From the NCBI GenBank assembly GCA_963744995.1, contig CAVUWA010000002.1:358654-422653 (forward strand): a DNA stretch of 64,000 bases, written 5' to 3'. Of the stretch, positions 59,500 to 64,000 are shown one piece after another; position 1 is the stretch's first letter, and each line of letters starts with the position of its first letter. Origin of the DNA: Candidatus Eiseniibacteriota bacterium. Lineage in GTDB: Bacteria > Eisenbacteria > RBG-16-71-46. The notes beneath the pieces are model-generated. The model searched no databases. It was not told where the DNA came from and was given only the letters and a program-made list of their open reading frames with translations. A program made the position numbers and the translations under genes.

Positions 59500-62064
59500 T
59501 CATGGGGCCGGAGCGTATTCCGCCGGCAGTTTGCGATCGTAGGATTCAGAGGCCAGCAGGATCGGCCTCAGCGCGGGATCCGCTTTCATCGCCTCGAATT
59601 CGCTCGCAAGAGTGCGTCGCATGACGATCGGGAGTCCAACGGCGTGGGCAGTGAGCAATAGTCCATTCTCGGGGCCGAGCGCTTGGAACAGACGGACCAC
59701 CGCCCGGTGGCTCTTCGGCCCCGCGTAGAGCGCGGCGGCGAGAATCGCCGACGGGTCGATGCCGGGCCTTCCGGCTCCGAGTGAACCGAGAATGTAGCGG
59801 GCTTCGGATTCGACCCTGTCCTCGTCGTGCAGCGCCGAGTACAGACCGAGCAGGATCGACCGGAGCCGCAGATTGTCCTCCGCCGCAAGCTTTCTGCGCT
59901 CTCCAATCTCGACGGCGTCTTCAAACACCTTGCGCGCGGTCAATTCGTCGCCGTGCGCCCTGAAGTGGTAGCCGGCGTAAAGGGAAACGTATAGCTGGGA
60001 GTCGTCGCCGAACAACTCGATGGCGCGCCTGAACAGCGCCGATGCCCGCCGCCAGTCGCCGAGATCTTCCCAGGCGGCGGCATCCCATACATAGATTTCC
60101 GGATCCTCGCCAAAGCGGCTCAGGAAGGCTTCTGCCGCTTGCGTGGTTTCAGTGGATCGGCCGGCCCAGGCATTTGCCACGACACGGATCCAGGCGATCT
60201 CGTCACTCTCGGAGTCAATGCGACCCGCCTGCTCGACGAGTGGAACGGCCAGGTCGGGCATGCCACTGAGAAGATAGGCCCAGGCAGGAACCGTGAGGGC
60301 GTCGATCGGATTGCTCAACCGCTGCGACGCCTGCCGCCCGAGCACCAGAGCCGAATCACGCTCTCCTCGCTCGTAGAAGACCAGAATGCGGCCGCGCAGG
60401 GCGCCACCTTCGTCGGGATTGATCGCCAGAGCCTGCCTGAATTGCGCATCGGCGATACTGAGGTTGATGGCGGGGGCTTTCCCGCGGAAGTACCTGTCGT
60501 AGTAGATGGCGCCGATTCCCACATAGGCCTGAGCCAATCCTGGATCGAGGCTCAAGGCCTGCTCGTACCAATTCAGGGCTGTATCGCGATCGCCGCGCTG
60601 ATGCGCTTCCTGAGCTCGCATGAGCGCCTCGAGCGCGCCATTGTTCTTGGACGGCGCCGTGGCGACACGAGCGGCCTCCGTGGGGGTGAGGCGGGACTTC
60701 AAGTGGCGGGATACCACCGAGACCAGATCGACCACGGCATGGTTGTAGCTGTCGGAGTGGATCGGCGGGATGTGTTCACGTTTCCCGTCTCGCGTCACGA
60801 GGTCGACGTGCACATCGACCTGTCCGCCGTTCACATTGAAGCCGCCTTCGATCACCGCTTCGACACCCAGCTGGTTTGCGATGTCTTCGGCGTCATCCCC
60901 TGCGTAGAGCTTCTGGCGGTAGGGAAGGACGAGCAGTCCATCGAGCGCCGCCAGACCTTCTGCCAGCTTTGCTCCCAGGCCATGTCCGAAGAAGTCGAAG
61001 CCCGGAAGCAGGCTTTCGTTGTACAGCGGAATGACGGCGATGGACTTCACCTTGGGCGGGGCGGGCGCCTGTGGGCGAAAGGCGTAGACGCCGGCCGCAA
61101 GACCGCTGATGGACGCGACCGAAATCAACGTCATGGTAGCGAGCCTGCGAATGCGGCTCGGTGGCAGAGTCGCGGCCCTTCGCCAGAATCGTTCCATACC
61201 GCGCACGACGGTTCCTTCCGGCGCTGTCTCAGCCCTCTTCTCCGAGATCGGCAACTTTTCACTGGAGCGCAGAGTGTGGAGCTCCTGAGCGAACTGCTGC
61301 GAGGAAAGCCGCAACCGCGGATTCTTCTCCATCCCACGGGTGACAATGCGGTCGAGCTCGAGCGGCAGGCCAGGGCGCTGGAAGCTCGGTGGCGCGGGAT
61401 CTTCGTTGAGAATCAGATAGAAGAGGCCTTCCAACGTCTCCGACTGAAACGGTCGGCCTCCCGTCAGCAGTTCGTACAGGACGACGGCGAGGCCGTACGT
61501 ATCCAGTGACGGGGTGGCGCGTGCCCGCCGGATCTTTTCGGGGGCGACGTACGGCCATGTCGCCTTCTCCGAACCCATCGTCGTCCAGCGTGGCGACTCG
61601 TGCTCGATGGCCATCCCAAAATCGACCAGCTTCGCGCGGCCGTCACGGGCCACCATGACGTTGTTGCTGCTGATGTCACGGTGGATCACCCCTTCGCCGT
61701 GGGCGTATTCGAGTGCCCGAGCGGCCTGGATCACGATGTCGAGAGCGACCTCGACGTCTACGGGGCCACGGGCGACCATCTCGGCGATGGTCTCCCCGTC
61801 GACGAACTCGGAAACCAGAAATGGTGGATCGCAATCGAAATCCGCATCGAAGACGGTGGCAATTCCGGGATGCGACAGGCGCGCAGCAAGGCGGGCACCG
61901 CGCTCGAATCGATCGCGCTCCGTCGTCTGCACCAGCTCGGGAGGAAGGGTCTTGATGGCGACGACGGTTTCCAGCGCGGGATGTTCTCCGAGCCAGACCT
62001 TGCCGTTGGGCCCTTCGCCGAGAAGGCGGATGATCCGATATCCACCAATCAGTTGACCGAGCAT
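59500..62064 (-). CDS. Ser/Thr protein kinase with TM segment, TolB-N-like module and TPR-rich C-terminal half
   Basis: ATG 62064; the track start 62076 is GTG. Motifs are GEGPNGKVW, VAIKTL, IHRDISSNNVMV (Lys replaced by Ser in the catalytic loop), DFGMA and YVAPE. TM helix LATMTLISVASISGLAAGVYAF. The middle module is IAVIPLYNESLLPGFDFFGHGL. TPR-like repeats follow. Confidence 0.9.
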   Translation of the reverse strand: MLGQLIGGYRIIRLLGEGPNGKVWLGEHPALETVVAIKTLPPELVQTTERDRFERGARLAARLSHPGIATVFDADFDCDPPFLVSEFVDGETIAEMVARGPVDVEVALDIVIQAARALEYAHGEGVIHRDISSNNVMVARDGRAKLVDFGMAIEHESPRWTTMGSEKATWPYVAPEKIRRARATPSLDTYGLAVVLYELLTGGRPFQSETLEGLFYLILNEDPAPPSFQRPGLPLELDRIVTRGMEKNPRLRLSSQQFAQELHTLRSSEKLPISEKRAETAPEGTVVRGMERFWRRAATLPPSRIRRLATMTLISVASISGLAAGVYAFRPQAPAPPKVKSIAVIPLYNESLLPGFDFFGHGLGAKLAEGLAALDGLLVLPYRQKLYAGDDAEDIANQLGVEAVIEGGFNVNGGQVDVHVDLVTRDGKREHIPPIHSDSYNHAVVDLVSVVSRHLKSRLTPTEAARVATAPSKNNGALEALMRAQEAHQRGDRDTALNWYEQALSLDPGLAQAYVGIGAIYYDRYFRGKAPAINLSIADAQFRQALAINPDEGGALRGRILVFYERGERDSALVLGRQASQRLSNPIDALTVPAWAYLLSGMPDLAVPLVEQAGRIDSESDEIAWIRVVANAWAGRSTETTQAAEAFLSRFGEDPEIYVWDAAAWEDLGDWRRASALFRRAIELFGDDSQLYVSLYAGYHFRAHGDELTARKVFEDAVEIGERRKLAAEDNLRLRSILLGLYSALHDEDRVESEARYILGSLGAGRPGIDPSAILAAALYAGPKSHRAVVRLFQALGPENGLLLTAHAVGLPIVMRRTLASEFEAMKADPALRPILLASESYDRKLPAEYAPAP

Positions 62065-62258
62065 GTGCGGCCTCACCGTGGCTGAGCCGGAATTCGATCT
62101 TCAGGAGAGACCCTATAGGCAAATCGGGCCACCCGCAGCACAAATGCACCCCCGGGCGTGCAGTTTTACATCGCCGGGCATTCCCTCTTTGTTGGATAAT
62201 GCTGATCCAGCACGAAGCGCTCGCGAAGGCCGTCCGTCCGTTCTCCCACGGGGGCAAC

Positions 62259-62537
62259 ATGTTCGCACGCTCGATGTTCCTCGGCTTGCTGCTGACCATT
62301 CTCGCGTGGGCGGGGCCCGCTTCGGCATGCGGCGACAAGTTCCTCGTCCGCCTCGACCGCGATCCGCGCGGCAGCACCCTGCCGATCGCGATGGCTCGAC
62401 GATCGGCGCGCATTCTCGTGTATCGGCCTGCAAACATGCCGAGGGATCCCCTGAAGAACGCGACATGGCGACTCTGGCCCGCGTCGGCCACCAGGTCCAG
62501 CTGTGCGATTCGGCGATGCGCTGCGCGGAGGCCTTGA
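62259..62537 (+). CDS. signal peptide + CGDKF-motif segment; probable 5' part of a frameshifted gene
   Basis: MFARSMFLGLLLTILAWAGPASACGDKFLVRLDRDP...SARILVYRPANMPRDP, then non-protein-like text. It overlaps the next ORF by 73 nt in another frame. Confidence 0.4.
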   Translation: MFARSMFLGLLLTILAWAGPASACGDKFLVRLDRDPRGSTLPIAMARRSARILVYRPANMPRDPLKNATWRLWPASATRSSCAIRRCAARRP

Positions 62538-62767
62538 AATCGGGAAGTTTTCAGATCGTCCTTGCGGACTACCGTGACCTGGAGGCGATGCACATCGACG
62601 AGCAGGCGACGCACACACGTCTGATTCCCGTGGTGACCGCGGTCTCCCGGACCGAATACCGGCGCATCAAGGACCAGTTCGGCGTGGTGTTCGATTCGGA
62701 GGCGCCCGTCGGCAAGCTGCTGGCCATCGTGGATCACCTCACGGCCGGCGCCGGGGACCGGCGATGA
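62465..62767 (+). CDS. receiver(REC)-like segment; probable 3' part of the same frameshifted gene
   Basis: MATLARVGHQVQLCDSAMRCAEALKSGSFQIVLADYRDLEAM...IPVVTAVS... resembles REC strands beta2-beta5. Beta1 (RILVY) lies in the upstream ORF's frame. The stop overlaps the next ATG (ATGA at 62764-67). Confidence 0.45.
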   Translation: MATLARVGHQVQLCDSAMRCAEALKSGSFQIVLADYRDLEAMHIDEQATHTRLIPVVTAVSRTEYRRIKDQFGVVFDSEAPVGKLLAIVDHLTAGAGDRR

Positions 62768-63246
62768 ACCGCGCGACGGTCGCGAGGTGGGGAATCATAC
62801 TCTGCGCGATATCCGCATTGGGATCGGGGCCGTGCACGTGCGGCAAGGAACACAATGACAAGGTGCTCGATCCGGGCACCGGCGTCGAACTCGTGACGAT
62901 TTCGGGTGTCGTCATCAATATCGACATCGGTGCCGTTGCGCCGGGAGTGCGGGTGAAACTTAGGGGAACTTCATATGCGTCGATGATCGAGACGGGTGGT
63001 GACGGGGCTTACAGCATTGACGTTCCCAAGGGCGCGAACTGCTGCTCGAGACGGACGACTTCGATCCCGGCACGGATGCATGGTTTCCGCTCATCAACGT
63101 CGACATGCCGCGGATCAACGTCGATGACCTGTCCGACGCGGACAGGGCGTTCTGGCCGATTCACGCCTGTCCTCAGTCGCATGCGCCCGCGCATGGCAGC
63201 ATCGCGGTCTGGGATCAGTATCTGGAAAGCGCCGACGACCAGCTGA
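62764..63246 (+). CDS. lipoprotein, 5' part (carboxypeptidase-regulatory-like domain); frame lost near 63030
   Basis: MNRATVARWGIILCAISALGSGPCTCG is lipoprotein-like. ISGVVINIDIGAVAPGVRVKLRGTSYASMIETGGDGAYSIDVPKG follows. After that the frame reads Cys/Arg/Ser-rich junk. Confidence 0.45.
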   Translation: MNRATVARWGIILCAISALGSGPCTCGKEHNDKVLDPGTGVELVTISGVVINIDIGAVAPGVRVKLRGTSYASMIETGGDGAYSIDVPKGANCCSRRTTSIPARMHGFRSSTSTCRGSTSMTCPTRTGRSGRFTPVLSRMRPRMAASRSGISIWKAPTTS

Positions 63247-63722
63247 ACGGGGATCTGTTCGCTTCCCAATCCTCCGCGAGCTCGGGGGGCATCATCGCTG
63301 TCATCGTCGCGGGCTGCGAAGCGGGCGACACGACGTTTTACGACAGCGTTCGCGTGACGTCCGACAGCCCCGACTGCCCCATGGCTGCCATGGATGCCAA
63401 CTGTTTCGCCAAGCTGGATCCGTCGGGCGCGCCGTCATGCATGCATCCGGGAGGTCTCACCGACCCCTCGGGCGTCGTGATTGGCGTGTGTGACTCCGCT
63501 TCCACCGACACCACGGTCCTGCTCACCTTCCAGGACTTGAAGGCTGGCCGGAGTCTGATGTGGCCGCCCTTCGAAGTGCCCGTGGCCCACGGCACGATTT
63601 CCGTGGTATGGGCGGCCGCAATCGGAGGTGTCGCCGGGGCGCATTTCAAGGAAACCGCGGCGTGCGCAGGGCTCTTCGGCCCCGAGCCCCACGGTGCGCT
63701 GCGGGCCCGTGCTGCGCGCTAA
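63105..63722 (+). CDS. 3' part of the same lipoprotein gene (other frame)
   Basis: This frame is open from 63021 and reads ..RELLLETDDFDPGTDAWFPLINVDMPRINVDDLSDADRAFWPIHACPQS... It is protein-like well upstream of the first ATG (63105), with no start codon in between. Confidence 0.45.
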   Translation: MPRINVDDLSDADRAFWPIHACPQSHAPAHGSIAVWDQYLESADDQLNGDLFASQSSASSGGIIAVIVAGCEAGDTTFYDSVRVTSDSPDCPMAAMDANCFAKLDPSGAPSCMHPGGLTDPSGVVIGVCDSASTDTTVLLTFQDLKAGRSLMWPPFEVPVAHGTISVVWAAAIGGVAGAHFKETAACAGLFGPEPHGALRARAAR

Positions 63723-63740
63723 TCGCAGCCCGCGGCCGTG

Positions 63741-64000
63741 ATGAACCGCGTCGCGAGGACGATCGGGGTCGCCACCGCGATCCTCCTGTGCCAGGGCGCC
63801 GGTGCGCCGGGGGCGATCGCGTCCCCGCCGGGAACCGACGGCGAAGTCGGGATCGCTTTGACCTACGAGTGGTATCAGGGAGGAGATCATCTCTTCTCGA
63901 CAGATGCCATCGACGGCTACGCCACTCACGGCTACGTGGCCGAAGGGCGCCGCTGGGATCTGGGTGTGGCGAGGGCACAGACGATCCTGGGGAACGTGGA
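63741..64000 (+). CDS. hypothetical secreted protein (3' end cut by window edge)
   Basis: My translation from ATG 63741 gives MNRVARTIGVATAILLCQGAGAPGAIASPPGTDGEVGIALTYEWYQGGDHLFSTDAIDGY..., open to the window end. It is not in the ORF track because it is truncated. Confidence 0.55.
   Translation, partial: MNRVARTIGVATAILLCQGAGAPGAIASPPGTDGEVGIALTYEWYQGGDHLFSTDAIDGYATHGYVAEGRRWDLGVARAQTILGNV

Overview
High-GC window (about 70% by eye, not computed) from an unidentified diderm bacterium. I call about 45 protein-coding genes and saw no rRNA, tRNA, CRISPR array, transposase or integrase. The FlgD-Ig/T9SS-type C-terminal domains suggest an FCB-like, Gemmatimonadota-like or Eisenbacteria-like lineage, but the taxon cannot be fixed from sequence alone. 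The content falls into three layers. (1) Core metabolism: a complete reductive pyrimidine-catabolism gene set is split into three loci. It comprises beta-ureidopropionase-like CN-hydrolase 7760-8626, dihydropyrimidinase 32783-34195, class-III aminotransferase 34215-35546, PreT 36205-37545 and PreA 55124-56467. Also present are pntAA-pntAB-pntB transhydrogenase (38001-40829) and NADP isocitrate dehydrogenase (41513-42760). (2) Two large cell-surface islands interrupt that metabolic locus. (a) A roughly 21-kb minus-strand operon (10890-31930) holds six genes, each encoding at least one cohesin-like module. Three of them end in a shared FN3-like, dockerin-like, cohesin-like, FlgD-Ig C-terminal cassette. 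The operon includes a 3154-aa giant protein bracketed, with ATGA overlaps, by two paralogous small cohesin-like genes. It also includes a Calx-beta protein with three near-identical 342-bp tandem repeats. (b) A four-gene minus-strand cluster (43865-54730) encodes DUF11-repeat proteins, one fused to a very large C-terminal beta-barrel-like region. This is a candidate new fibre or adhesin assembly system. (3) Signalling: two ECF sigma modules (one with a CBM48-like anti-sigma factor, one translationally coupled to a Ser/Thr kinase), three Hanks-type kinases and a DUF4032 kinase-like protein. The last 6 kb (about 57.7-63.7 kb) has visibly lower third-position GC and two apparently frameshifted genes; a third apparent frameshift lies at 42813-43878. 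The many very long antisense ORFs in the track are high-GC shadow ORFs and were not called.
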